From Octopus bimaculoides (lineage: Eukaryota), in contig NC_068982.1 of assembly GCF_001194135.2 (NCBI RefSeq), forward strand, positions 97,879,724-97,943,723: a DNA stretch of 64,000 nucleotides. Direction: 5' to 3'. Below, piece by piece: positions 39,949-52,681 of this stretch. The translations under genes were made by a program, and so were the position numbers. Every line of letters begins with the position of its first letter. Positions within the stretch are counted from its first letter, which is position 1. The notes beneath the pieces were generated by a model that did not search any database, was not told the DNA's origin, and worked only from the letters and a program-made list of their open reading frames with translations.

Positions 39949-39995
<47 letters not shown>

Positions 39996-40011
39996 TCTTT
40001 CTATCTATCTA

Positions 40012-40042
<31 letters not shown>

Positions 40043-40689
40043 CACACGCACACATATTTCATATATACATATGAATACTAAGTTAAGAGATTAATTCACA
40101 CAAGCCACATACTCACACATCATGCAAACATACATTGGCACAAACACGCATACATTCGCCTGTGGTTATATGCAGATATATATCTTCACGTAAAGTCATA
40201 TGGCATTCAAGAATAGAGATATTAATCCAAGCAGACAGTACCTTCTGATCTATGGTTTGTATAACACAGCTTCTGGTATTCACGCCATGAACGCAGTCGT
40301 GCAACGTTACGAGGCTGCTACTTGGGCCGCTATCTGTAAGTCTACTCCAAATCAGTAAAAGGCTATATATATACGTAAGTATGTATGTATTTACGTATGT
40401 ATGTATTTACGTATGTATGTATGTATTTATGTATATATTTACGTATATATGTATGTATGTATGTATATATGTATGTATGTATATATATATGTATGTATGC
40501 GTGAGAGTGTGTGCGTGTATGTATGCATGTATATATGCATGTATGCATGTATGTATGTATATATGTATACATACATACATACATTCATGCATTCATACAT
40601 ACATACATAGATACATACATACATGCACACACACACACACACACACAAACATACATACATACATACATACATACATACATGCATACATA

Positions 40690-41170
40690 AAAACACTACC
40701 TAAAAACCAGTCTTGAGAAATTAGGCTTCTCAAAACTGGAACGGAGAAAGCTGGTTCAAAGACTACAGATCCAATCAATCACTGGAACNNNNNNNNNNNN
40801 NNNNNNNNNNNNNNNNNNNNNNNNNNNNNNNNNNNNNNNNNNNNNNNNNNNNNNNNNNNNNNNNNNNNNNNNNNNNNNNNNNNNNNNNNNNNNNNNNNNN
40901 NNNNNNNNNNNNNNNNNNAAAACATACAAATCTGCACACATACATACATACATGCATACATACATACATATATACATGCATATATTCATACATATATACG
41001 CACATAAATAGATACATACGTACGTACATACATACATACATACACACATACACACATACAAAACTACCCTATTGTTGATGCTGAGATTCCAATGAAGGAG
41101 CCTTGGATCTAGGTTAGAAACCGGCTCTTTCTCTATTCGCAAAGAATATTGAAATAAAATTGAATAATAG
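40690..41170 (+). mobile_element. R4/Dong-like element 3' end
   Basis: KHYLKTSLEKLGFSKLERRKLVQRLQIQSITGT before the gap; (CATA)n-rich region after. Confidence 0.6.
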
Positions 41171-41853
41171 CATACATACATACGTACATACATACATACA
41201 TACATACATACATACATACATACATACATACATACATACATAAGTAACAGCGCGAAGCAGTAATAAAAAATTTATAAACTTTAAGTTCAAATATGTTTGT
41301 GACATAATTTAACTTCTAAAGGCAATTTAATTGCAGTTTACCGCGGAGAAAATACTCTCCTCTACGGTAAAGGTACAAAGTATTACTCTTTTCTGGACTC
41401 CTAGATGCATTTCTGACACGTTGTACCTTCTTCAGTAGAAGATACCAAAGGGAGATAACCTGAGCTGAGTAAAAAAAAAATCGTAGCTTTGTAATAAACC
41501 ATCAGACAGATATACATCTAGGGTTAAAAAGAGGGCACCACTGAGTTAATAAGGGTACATTCACGCCTTTATTATAAGCGAATTTTTTTTCTCCATGGAT
41601 AACTTCAGTGAAATTGCGTTTAAAAATTAAAATATGTCACAAGCATATACACTAACCTAAAGGTTTTTTTTTTTTTTAATTTTCATTATTGCTTCATATT
41701 AGTACTTAGGTATTTTTTTCTGACCGGGCGGTCGGCGAGCGTAAGTCAGTCTCTAGTATTGATTGGTTTCATATAAAGCTACGACTTTCTAGTCAGCTCA
41801 GTTATCTCTCTTTGGTATCCACTACTGAAGAAGGAATAACGAGCCAGAAATGT

Positions 41854-42266
41854 ATCTATTAGTCACTTACGTGCAATGCACGTAAATTACACATACATAT
41901 ATACATACATACATACATACATATACATGCATTAATATAATGTCATCAGACGTCCAAAGAACACATATAGGCATTTAATATATTCATGATGACTATATGT
42001 GTTCGTGGGACGACTGATGATCCTATGGTTCATAATTGAGAAATCCTCATAGGGTTATTATATTCTGAAGTGAGGGCGCGTGGCCAAGTTGTATATGTTT
42101 ATATTGAGGAAAAGCACCGGGATCGTGTGAATTTTTTAAGAATGTTTCTCCTTTCCACCAAGCAAAGCTTCCATTCACATATGTTTCAGGTCGATCTGAA
42201 AATTTCGATTTGATTTTCTATGTTTATATGTGTATATGTTTGTGGTGGGTGTGCACGCGTCTTTAT

Positions 42267-42314
<48 letters not shown>

Positions 42315-43198
42315 GTAGTGGTAATCTCAAGTAGTCAGAGAAAGACGGTTCTACAATTTCTTGCTTAATAACATGCAGAAATAATTTGTAGAGATCAAAT
42401 TTATGTGCCGTACTTTAGCTCACTCCCTCCATCATATCAACGTTACCCGAAAGAGTGCACGTCAGAATGTCGAAGTGATCGCTGAGCAACGTGCGATCAA
42501 ATGTTTTACTCAAGAACACAATGCAGCACTCGATCCGGGAATTGAAACCACGATTTCGCGATCGTGAGTGCAGCGCCTTAACAACTTGGCCACGCGCCCT
42601 CACTTCAGAATATAATAACCCTATGAGGATTTCTCAATTATGAACCATAGGATCATCAGTCGTCCCACGAATATATTAAATGCCTATATGTGTTCTTTGG
42701 ACGTCTGATGACATTATATTAATGCATGTATATGTATGTATGTATGCATGTATATATGTATGTGTAATTTACGTGCATTGCACGTAAGTGACTAATAGAT
42801 CGTAAATCCACTGTTTTATACAGAAATAAAGTACTTTTTTTCTGGAAGCTTCAAACAATGGAACGTCGATGCTGTTATCTACGAAGCAAAAGCAGAGTCG
42901 TCCAACAACAACGAAACGACACACCTTTAAAAGCGTGTAGGAGCAACGGAGATCATATTCTAAACCAGGCTTAATGATCACAGATTCTCTTTCAGAATCT
43001 CCAAGACAGGTGCAATTTTACAACGTTACCTAGCTAAATGTGACGATTAAAAGAGGAAAGAACGCCATAGAAAATCAAATCGAAATTTTCAGATCGACCT
43101 GAAACATATGTGAATGGAAGCAATCGTTGTAAGCTTTGCTTGGTGGAAAGGAGAAACATTCTTAAAAAATTCACACGATCCCGGTGCTTTTCCTCAAT
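41854..43198. repeat. Interleaved inverted duplications a-b...a'...b'
   Basis: 41854-42092 is the reverse complement of 42581-42800; 42101-42219 is the reverse complement of 43066-43198; each pair differs mainly by one short indel. Confidence 0.9.
42415..42600 (-). mobile_element. SINE family C (tail type shared with 24793-25290)
   Basis: Minus: GGGCGCGTGGCCAAGTTGTTAAGG...GGTTTCAATTCC...TTCTTGAGTAAAACA...GGTAACGTTGATATGATGGAGGGAGTG. Confidence 0.75.
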
Positions 43199-43541
43199 TT
43201 AAACAAACGGAATATTTGGATTCTGCAAAAAATCATTGTCGGTAACGTGATCATCCCTATTTTTAGACTTGAGAACGACAAACATGTACACACTCACACA
43301 CGAACAAGTAACACGCTTCAACCACGGCTAACACCAATCTGTGTGAAGTAATTCTCCTTTCCTTCTGAGAACATCTTACAATTTTTCAGTTTTGTTTCGC
43401 TTCATTTTACCAATAACGAGTCCACCAGGCGAAGATTGGTAAATGTATTTTACTCTTTTTTCGTATATCTAAGTGCTTCCTCTGCTGGAAATAAGGTAAG
43501 ACAATTGCTGTACTGATGATGCCTATTCAGGCAAAAACATA

Positions 43542-43599
<58 letters not shown>

Positions 43600-44307
43600 C
43601 AAACAGCTGCTCTTTGTCTCCAGACAACTAGACTGTCGTTTCTTTAATGGTATGTCCATTTAGGAGAATTCCTGGCTGTTTTTTTAAGACAATCTCTCCT
43701 TAACATTTGGAGCTCGTCTCAGCTATCATAAGGTGATTATTCTACAATCAATGGAAGCGGATACAATTTCAATGAACCGAGTATCTACTGTACATATGGT
43801 ATTCAATATACTCTTATTCATTTTAGGTGTTCAAAAACCTGCCAGTGGCCACTCTAGGTTATTTCCTTGAGCTCAATCTCGTTTACTTTATACATATATA
43901 CATGCATTCATATACACACATACAAAATACACACACACACACACAAACACACATACACACACATATACACATACACACACATACACACATACACACACAT
44001 ACACACATACACACACACACACATACACACACATACACACATACACACACATACACACATACACACACATACACACACATACACACACACACGTTTAATG
44101 CAAACAGTTAAGATTTTTTAATAACTAATAAAATATAAACTTAAAAAATACATTTACAAATACATCATAAAACAAAACAAAATGAAAAGAACAGCCTACA
44201 CGAATTTACTCCCGTGGGCCATTGCTGTTCATAATTTTCTGTTTTATGCGGTACATTTTTATGACCCTCTCTGTCTCTTTCTCAGTCTCTCTGTCTCTCT
44301 CTGTCTA

Positions 44308-44348
<41 letters not shown>

Positions 44349-44355
44349 GTCTCTC

Positions 44356-44394
<39 letters not shown>

Positions 44395-44400
44395 ATCTCA

Positions 44401-44444
<44 letters not shown>

Positions 44445-44565
44445 ATATATACATATATACGTGCATATATATATTTATATGCATATGAAGCTAAATATAT
44501 GTACGCATATGTATATATGTATACATACATATGTATATATATATATATCGATATACATATACATA

Positions 44566-44603
<38 letters not shown>

Positions 44604-45234
44604 TGCACGTGCGTGTTCATGTGATATATATATGTGTATGTATTCCATGTGATTTATCATCACGTACATAATTATATGCACTACTCACACACTTTCACAT
44701 AAATATGGACGCGTCCACTCATTGTCACACGTATATGCGGTAAAATAAAACAGATTCACACACACAAACACACACACACTCTCTCTCTCTCTTTCTCTCT
44801 CTCATTTTCTCTCTCCTTCTCTTACCCCCTTCCCCACACCGTCTGACACACACACACATGTGCATGTGCATTACACAGAGTCACACTGTCCTACACACAT
44901 ATAGTATTACAAATGCGGTGAGTGGCGTCACGCTTCTCCGCATCTTCTTTCTTTATTAATATAATTTATTTTTGTATCCAAAGCAAAGCAGAGAAAAATT
45001 AATTGCTTTCTGAGCCAATATTAAGTTCTAATGGATTGAGTGGTGTTTATCCTTTTCCCTCGTGTATTGTCGATGTTAGAGTATGTAAAATGGTTGGACA
45101 CTAGTGGGGAACGAAACTGGGAAGCAGCATCAACACGACGGAGGCTTACCTTTGACCTCACTTCTAGAAAGAGTAGGGACATCAGCTTTACATCAATGCA
45201 TACACCACTCCACGCACTACAAGCTAAAACCAAA

Positions 45235-45236
45235 AA

Positions 45237-45285
<49 letters not shown>

Positions 45286-45315
45286 TGTAGTATGCTAGTA
45301 GTAGTAGTAGTATGC

Positions 45316-45365
<50 letters not shown>

Positions 45366-45392
45366 ATGGTGGTGGTGGTTGTGGTGGTGGTG

Positions 45393-45434
<42 letters not shown>

Positions 45435-45601
45435 TGCTGGTAGTAGTAGTAGTAGTAGTGGTGGTGGTGNNNNNNNNNNNNNNNNNNNNNNNNNNNNNNN
45501 NNNNNNNNNNNNNNNNNNNNNNNNNNNNNNNNNNNNNNNNNNNNNNNNNNNNNNNNNNNNNNNNNNNNNNNNNNNNNNNNNNNNNNNNNNNNNNNNNNNN
45601 N

Positions 45602-45645
<44 letters not shown>

Positions 45646-45786
45646 TGTTGTAGTATGCTAGTAGTAGTAGTAGTATGCTGGTAGTAGTAGTAGTAGTAGT
45701 AGTAGTAGTTGTAGTATGCTAGTAGTAGTAGTAGTATGCTGGTAGTAGTAGTAGTAGTGGTGGTGGTGGTGGTGGTTGTGGTGGTG

Positions 45787-45846
<60 letters not shown>

Positions 45847-45870
45847 ATGACGATGGTGGTCGTACACAGC
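45235..45870. repeat. (AGT)n/(GGT)n array with recurring ATGCT interruptions
   Basis: Seen directly; spans a gap. Confidence 0.9.
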
Positions 45871-46620
45871 AGTGTTACTATCCTTAGAGTTACTATTGCC
45901 TTTTCAAGCTTTTTTTAATTTCCTAAATTTCACATCGAAGAAATAGAAAATAATGGAAATGCTAGAATTTCTGCAAGCGTGTATACTCATGGTCAGAGTA
46001 TCTCTTTATTCTGAGTTCTCAGGAGTGATTAGACGGTCCACGCTTGCAAGAAACACCAATACAAATCTTCTGTTTGATAGCGTTACCCATGGAGTTTACT
46101 GATTTTGACTCTTTTAACTTTATGATTCCCTATCAAAGTTTTTGCTTCTTATTTAACTTTGTCCACTCTCTGCAACCAGATGTACTTTGAAGTTGCCGCC
46201 TCAAACCACGAGTAATCAACACATTTAGAGGAAACGAAAACCTTGAAAAGTGACATCTACCTGACTCTCTTTTAATTCATAGACTCTTGTTGAAAACTGG
46301 ATAAATTTTCTCATGCCCAATTCTGGCAACCCTTACATTCCACCTCCACACTCACGTAACTTAACTTCACCCAGGAAACGTTCATATTTCTTTTACATTC
46401 GATGTCATTCAATCTTGCGATCTCTTTTGCATGGCTTAGAAAGACCGAAGGACCGTTGCACTAAGTAAATGACTCTGAGAAGGGAATATATTAAATAAAA
46501 TCATAATTAACAGAGCCTCCTGTATTATCGTTTTTCAAAGCCAGGAACTTTTCAGCATCCCCTCGTGTGTGTGTGTGTGCGTGTGTGTGTGTGCGCGCGT
46601 GTGTGTGCACGTGTGTGTGT

Positions 46621-46657
<37 letters not shown>

Positions 46658-46661
<4 letters not shown>

Positions 46662-47300
46662 GTGCGTAAGATATTTGAGGACAGATTTATGTTTATTAAA
46701 AAACGAATATATAATAACAGATAATAACGTTATTAATCAAAAAATGTTATGAGGATAAAAATAAACCTTCTTTTCTATAATGTTATTCAATAAAGCCACC
46801 TTCAGCTTTATCAACTGCTTCTATATGAGATCTAAATCATCTACATGCTTGAATCAAGTAGTCTTGGTTCATTTTGGACATTATTCTGACTATGGCAGCT
46901 TTCAAAGAATCATTGGTGTTATGGGCGTGTTCAATGACCTCTCTCTCAACAATGCTCCACATGTAATAGTCCATTGGACTGAGAACTGAGGAATTAGGAG
47001 GCCAAATGTTAGGGGTTATGTGATCATAAAAACTTTCAGCCATCCATTCCTGTGTTACTAGAGCCATGTGTGATAGTGCAGAGTCTTACTGAAACACATA
47101 TGGCCTTCCATTGCATACACTGTCTATTTAGAGCTTGACAATTATTTCCACGACCTCAATGTAGGCAGCAGAGTTAACTTTAAAGCCTTGTAGAAAGAAG
47201 TAAGGAGGCATCACATGTCCTTCATTGCTGACAACCCCTAAAACCATGACAGTTGCAGGAAATTTTGTATACATAACGCTAGGAACTTCAGAAGGATTCC
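46658..47300 (-). mobile_element. maT (DD37D) Tc1/mariner transposon, 3' half
   Basis: TIR CAGGGTGCGTAAGATATTTGAGG; VMVLGVVSNEGHVMPP...FQ*DSALSH...WPPNSSVLSPMDY with 37 residues between the last two Asp. Confidence 0.85.
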
Positions 47301-47815
47301 CGGACCGGGCTGTGTGTTGTGTTCTTGAGCAAGACACTTTATTCCACGTTGCTCCAGTTAACTCAGCTGTAGAAATGAGTTACGACATCACTGGTGCCAA
47401 GCTGTATCGGCCTTTGCCTTTCCTTTGGATAACATCGCTGGTGTGGAGACTGATATGCATGGGCGACTTCAGGCCTTCCATAAACAACCTTGCCCGGACT
47501 TGTACCTCGGAGGGTAACTTTCTATGTGCAATCCTACGGTCATTCATGACCGAAGGGGGTCTCCTCTAGTATGCTAGTTTTTGTGTTTATGTTTGTCATA
47601 CTACCACCACCACTTGACAACCGGTTTTTGGTTTCTTTACTACATCCCCGTAACCTAGAAGTTTGGTAAAAGAGGCCGATAGAATAAAAACCAGGCTTAG
47701 GAAAAAAGAAAAGAAAAATGTTGGGGTCGATTTGTTCGATAACCCCTTCAAGGCGGTGCTCCAGCATGGCTGCGGTCTAATAATTGAAACTACTAAAAGA
47801 TAAAAGATAAAGACC
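47300..47815 (+). mobile_element. 5'-truncated family C SINE (fourth tail type) followed by a family A tail
   Basis: TTCTTGAGCAAGACACTTTATTCCACGTTGCTCCAGT at ~47320; family A tail ~47575-47815. Confidence 0.7.
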
Positions 47816-47996
47816 ATTGCAAAGTTTCAATAACTGCTAGTCGGGTGTGAATTAATTTTCATTCCTTGAAAGGGAAATTCAATCCAACACTATAGATTGA
47901 CTGATACAGACGATATGAGTTTCCATTGTAATATAAGCCTCTTGTTAAATTGTTATGGATTGACATTTGTCAATAATATGTTCATTATATTTTCAG

Positions 47997-48123
47997 ATCC
48001 CGCACAGTCGATTCGCTTAAAGGAGAGGAAGGAGGGAAAATATACAGCATATTGTTTGATGATCGGAGAATAATGAAAACATCTAAGAATGTGATCGTCA
48101 TATACGACTTTAACACGAATTAG
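47997..48123 (+). CDS. WD40-repeat protein (FBXW-like) terminal exon
   Basis: TTATATTTTCAG| acceptor; SRTVDSLKGEEGGKIYSILFDDRRIMKTSKNVIVIYDFNTN*; resembles the last blade of beta-TrCP/FBXW7-type proteins (..FD....I..WDF). Confidence 0.8.
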
Positions 48124-48137
48124 AATAAATAAATAAA
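48124..48137 (+). promoter_or_regulatory. Candidate polyadenylation signals
   Basis: Overlapping AATAAA hexamers right after the stop, in an AT-rich context. Confidence 0.3.
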
Positions 48138-48367
48138 TATTGGTACACACATGCGTACAAAGCAAATACATGTATACGTATTGTATACACATACATGTAT
48201 GCATAGACACACATACACACACACAAGCGCGCACACACAAACACGCACACACTAATACGAATATTCATCCATTTGTTTCTAAACACAGCATAATTGTCTT
48301 TCCTTCTTTACTCCTCATGCATATATGTATTTGTGTTTGGTGTGTGTGTATGAGTGTGTGTATGCGT

Positions 48368-48446
<79 letters not shown>

Positions 48447-48680
48447 CATACACATATGTTTATGTATGTATAATCATAGGGTTATATATTTGCAAAATGC
48501 ATTTACTAAAAGAATAATAATTTTACGTACAAATAAATTCAATACTGGAAATAAAATAAATTAAGCAAGTTAGCTCAGACCGATTTGTATCCTCATTGCT
48601 CATAGTTTCATATGTAAAAGTAATACTGAGAAATGGTGTTGGATGCTAGGCGCTCTAGTATGGATGATACAGCAAAATAT

Positions 48681-49052
48681 TGTTGGCACTCCGTCGAGGG
48701 TTCCAGTTCATCCGATCAACGGAACAGCCTGCTCGTGAAATTAACGTGCAAGTGGCCGAGCACTCCACAGACACGTGTACCCTTAACGTAGTTCTCGGGG
48801 ATATTCAGCGTGACACAGTGTGACAAGGCTGACCCTTTGAATTACAGGCACAACAGTAACAGGAAGTAAAAGTGAGAGAAAGTTGTGGTAGAAGAGTACA
48901 GCAGGGTTCACCACCATCCCCTGCCGAAGCCAAGTGGAGCTTTAGGTGTTTTCGCTCAATAAACACTCACAACGCCTGGTCTGGGAACCGAAACGGCGAT
49001 CCTATGACCGCGAGTCCGCTGCCCTAACCACTAGGCCATTGCGCCTCCACAT
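48681..49052 (-). mobile_element. SINE family D with TSD
   Basis: TSD GCAAAATAT at 48672-48680 and 49053-49061. Confidence 0.9.
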
Positions 49053-49092
49053 GCAAAATATATATACACATATATATATACAAATATACGTG

Positions 49093-49400
49093 AAAGCGCG
49101 TGGTTAGTGGTTAGGTTATTCGGCTCACGATTGTAAGGTCGCAAATTCGATTCCCGGCGGCGTGTTGTGTCTTTAAGCAAGACACTTTATTTCACTCAGC
49201 TACCAAAAATGAGTTGTACCTGTATTTCGAAGGGCCAGCTTTGTCACATTGTGTCACACTGAAACTCCCTGTGAACTATGTTAAGGGCACATGTGTTTGT
49301 GAAGTGCTCAGCGACTTGCACGTTAATTTTACGTGCAGTCCGTTCCGTCGATCGGATCAATTGGAACACTCATCGCTGTAAGCGACGGAGTACCAGTCAT
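49093..49400 (+). mobile_element. SINE with family C head and family D tail
   Basis: Same architecture as 37963-38245. Confidence 0.75.
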
Positions 49401-49455
49401 ATAAATATACATACATATATGTTTGTGTGTGTATGTGTGTGTGTGTGTGTGTGTT

Positions 49456-49493
<38 letters not shown>

Positions 49494-49549
49494 TGTGTGT
49501 GTCGACGTTATTATAATTCGGAAGAACGTGAAATTATTTTTTTCTGTTG

Positions 49550-49742
49550 TTTGGAATAGTGGATCTCGAAGAACACATAAAGCTATATATAACAGCATGT
49601 AAATATTAGATTGAAAAACCATTTTAGGGTAGAGAAAGTCGAAGGATGTGTATGGGATACAAAACCACATCTTCTGACTTTTCCTATCCCCAAATGGTTT
49701 TTCAACCCAATATTTGTGCTTCGAGAGCCACTATTCCAAAGA
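49550..49742. repeat. Imperfect palindrome (MITE-like)
   Basis: TTGGAATAGTGGATCTCGAAG/CTTCGAGAGCCACTATTCCAA outer arms and TTGAAAAACCATTT/AAATGGTTTTTCAA inner arms. Confidence 0.8.
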
Positions 49743-50000
49743 CGAATAATATNNNNNNNNNNNNNNNNNNNNNNNNNNNNNNNNNNNNNNNNNNNNNNNN
49801 NNNNNNNNNNNNNNNNNNNNNNNNNNNNNNNNNNNNNNNNNNNNNNNNNNNNNNNNNNNNNNNNNNNNNNNNNNNNNNNNNNNNNNNNNNNNNNNNNNNN
49901 NNNNNNNNNNNNNNNNNNNNNNNNNNNNNNNNNNNNNNNNNNNNNNNNNNNATATATATATATATATATATAAAGAGAGAAAGGGATAGATAGATAGATT

Positions 50001-50032
<32 letters not shown>

Positions 50033-50758
50033 TGTACACAGATACACATATACATATTACATATATATACACACATGCATATATATATATTTATATACAT
50101 ATATACATGTCAAAACGTAAATATATGCATATATGAATGTGCACATGTGTGTGCGCGCGCGCACGTCTTTGTATGAATGTGTGTATATGTGCGAGTATTT
50201 TGTGTGTGCATGTGTTTGTGTGTATGTGTAAGAAGGTAGGGTAGGGGAAGAATAAGAAGGAAACGCAGGGAGTTGTAATGAGAAACAAAATGTCATGCTT
50301 GAAATCAATACATTAAGTCAGAAGTTAGCAGAAATTATCATTAAAATCCAGCAGAAGACAGAATCACGCTTATTAGTCTTGTTGTTTGCTTGTATAACAG
50401 TACAAATATTTGCTTTTTAGTTTATTTTATTACATTTTTTTCTCTTTCGCCTATCTCTTTATGAATATGTTAAGAACAAACAAATTAATTGGATATTGGA
50501 AATAATCATTAACAAATTGTTTTTATTTTATCACTGTCTCTAAAGACGAAACATCGACATAGGGGTCTTTTGGGTCAGCGTTTGGTTCCATGAAGTGGGA
50601 AAGCATCTGCAGAGTGGTGTTCAAAGGAAAATAAGGGTAAGTTTTAGAATTAGGAAGGGTGACTTATATTACATGTAGAAAGGCCCAGAAAGACTAAAGA
50701 TAACATTTCTACTATACGCATAAAGCATGAAATTTTGGAGGAAGTGGTTAGGTAGGAT

Positions 50759-50985
50759 TACGAGGCGAGGTGTTCAAAAGTCCCTTGTTTTGGATGAAAG
50801 AAAACACATGAGGATCGGTTAATTATGATTTCATTCAACATATTCCCTTCTCGGATTCCATTCTCAGATTCACACATTTATTGCAGCAATCCTTCAGTTT
50901 TTTAAATCCTGTAAAAGAAATTAGAAAGTTGGGTCGCAAACCAGGCTTTTCGCGATACCCTTAAAACCTGAATCTTTTCATTTCC
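50759..50985 (-). mobile_element. Mariner 3' end fragment
   Basis: TACGAGGCGAGGTGTTCAAAAGT terminus; minus, frameshifted: AWFATQLSNFF..GFKKLKDCCNKCVNL..EYVE*. Confidence 0.65.
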
Positions 50986-50994
50986 CACTCGTAC

Positions 50995-51135
50995 ATCGAC
51001 CGATCATGTATTTTACCAACTTTGACAGACCGGAAGGTAAAGTCGACCTCGGGGAAATTTGAACTCAGAACGTAAAGTTAGAAACTAAGTATTTTGTCCA
51101 GCGTGCTAAATAATTCAGCCAGCTCGCCGCTTTCA
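50995..51135 (-). mobile_element. SINE family B fragment
   Basis: AAAGTCGACCTCGGGGAAATTTGAACTCAGAACGTAAAG...CCAGCTCGCCGC. Confidence 0.75.
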
Positions 51136-51240
51136 GAAAGACTACGGTGTATAAAATAACTGGAAGTGAATAATAAAGTCAGTTGTTATTGTTGAAGAAG
51201 CAAAGAGACGGTCGTCACGTGGCTTTGAGTACGAAATTAC

Positions 51241-51375
51241 TTATCTGATGATTTTTCTTCATGGACGTGATCTAAGACGACACAGTATTGTACGGGAGAA
51301 CCGTATTGCATAGCAACGTCATCCTTTGTCTTTATAGAGAGTCGATAATTGTTTATAGATAAAATACTCTTGGCT
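51241..51375 (-). other. Candidate exon of an unidentified minus-strand gene
   Basis: CATTTCTCTCTTCAG| acceptor, AA|GTAATT donor; 135 nt open, AKSILSINNYRLSIKTKDDVAMQYGSPVQYCVVLDHVHEEKSSD; no recognised domain. Confidence 0.3.
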
Positions 51376-52277
51376 CTGAAGAGAGAAATGATTATTTCCT
51401 GCTTTTGAGTAGTGAAAATTAGACGAAATAGCTGAAAGGAAGAAAACAAATAGTAAAATAATAACAAAACTATTGATATTGGCTTGAGTTATGATCTAAA
51501 TTCTATATTGTTTGCCTATTTTCCAACTGACTTATTACTTAATAAAATTTGGACATTGTGTCGCCTTTTCAAAATATGTCTAGATTTGCTACATAGGAGA
51601 CTAAAAGCAGCCACTTTGAACATATCCTTCAGTGAAGATATGACAATTTAGTCTTCTCCAACAATGTTAAGACACAATCCCCATACTTATCAAAGAAAAC
51701 ATATCACGTTACCTTACTTAACAACGCACAACTAATTAACAACACATAGAATTCTAAAACCCATTAGATATGTTCGGTCTCACATTCTCTGATGACTTTT
51801 CATGGGCAGCACCTCATCTATAAGAACCTCCCCAAAACAGTGTCTCAAGCACTAGGTTTTCTGTTGAAGCTCCGAAAAATATTTCAGCTCTGATTATTGT
51901 GTTGCACAACGATCATATGATCGTGGTTTCCATTCCCGAATTAGCAGTGCACGGTGTTCTTGAGCAAACCCACCCTTTTTTCCCCTGTTTCTCCAGTCAA
52001 ATAAGCTGTATGTTCCATCAATAGCTAAGAAGTTAACTTGCTTAATAGGGTATGTTGCAATTTCAGTCACTTACATGCCATGAAAACCGGATTAAAATAC
52101 GATCTTATGGGGCTTAGGGCGTGTGACAAACCTAACTCATTGGTTGCCGACACTTTACAAAGAGCAACTAAGGAGGTACGATGTTAACACCTACCACATA
52201 AACTTTACCATTTCGGTAGAACCGCTAAAGGTACAGGGAGCTACTTATTTTCCTGGGAGTAAACAAGTGGAGTAAAC

Positions 52278-52681
52278 AAGTGGTTTGCAACCATGGTCCA
52301 AATGGCCCCTGGGGGTCCACATAAGATTTTAAGAGGTCCATGCAAACAAAATAGAAAATTAGGGATTCTCAGTAGTATTCTAAGGGTCCATGAAAAACGT
52401 TTACTTTAGATGTATTTATTGCAAATAATGACTCGGTTTCTTTCTCTGAAACTTTACTTAGTCCAATATGTTTCCAGCCACTGAAACATTTTGTCTCAGA
52501 GAGCGTTGTTGCCATCCTACACAAGTGGATGAGTGGAAAACAAAATGAGAATTTTGAAAAAAAGTATCTATAAAGCTACTTATTAAACACCAAATGGCTA
52601 TGGGAAGGGGGTCCACCAGAATAAAACAGCGATCAAAGGGACCCGTAAGTAAAAAAAAAAAAAAACAGCTGAGAACCAATG
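52278..52681. mobile_element. hAT (Charlie-like) MITE
   Basis: AGTGGTTTGCAACC ... GCTGAGAACCAATG termini; GGGTCCA motifs as at 2113; degenerate TSD GAGTAAAC/GCCTAAAC. Confidence 0.6.

Noticed and set aside
41755-41780. ATTGG plus TATAAA promoter-like pair
   Set aside because: Expected by chance in AT-rich DNA; no associated transcript evidence.
42005-42065. CTGATGA...GAAA hammerhead candidate
   Set aside because: Stem II is only two pairs and stem I cannot form.
42824-42930. WD-like KVLFSGSFKQWNV after an AG
   Set aside because: Stops in frame without a good donor, and exons 28455 and 47997 already join coherently.
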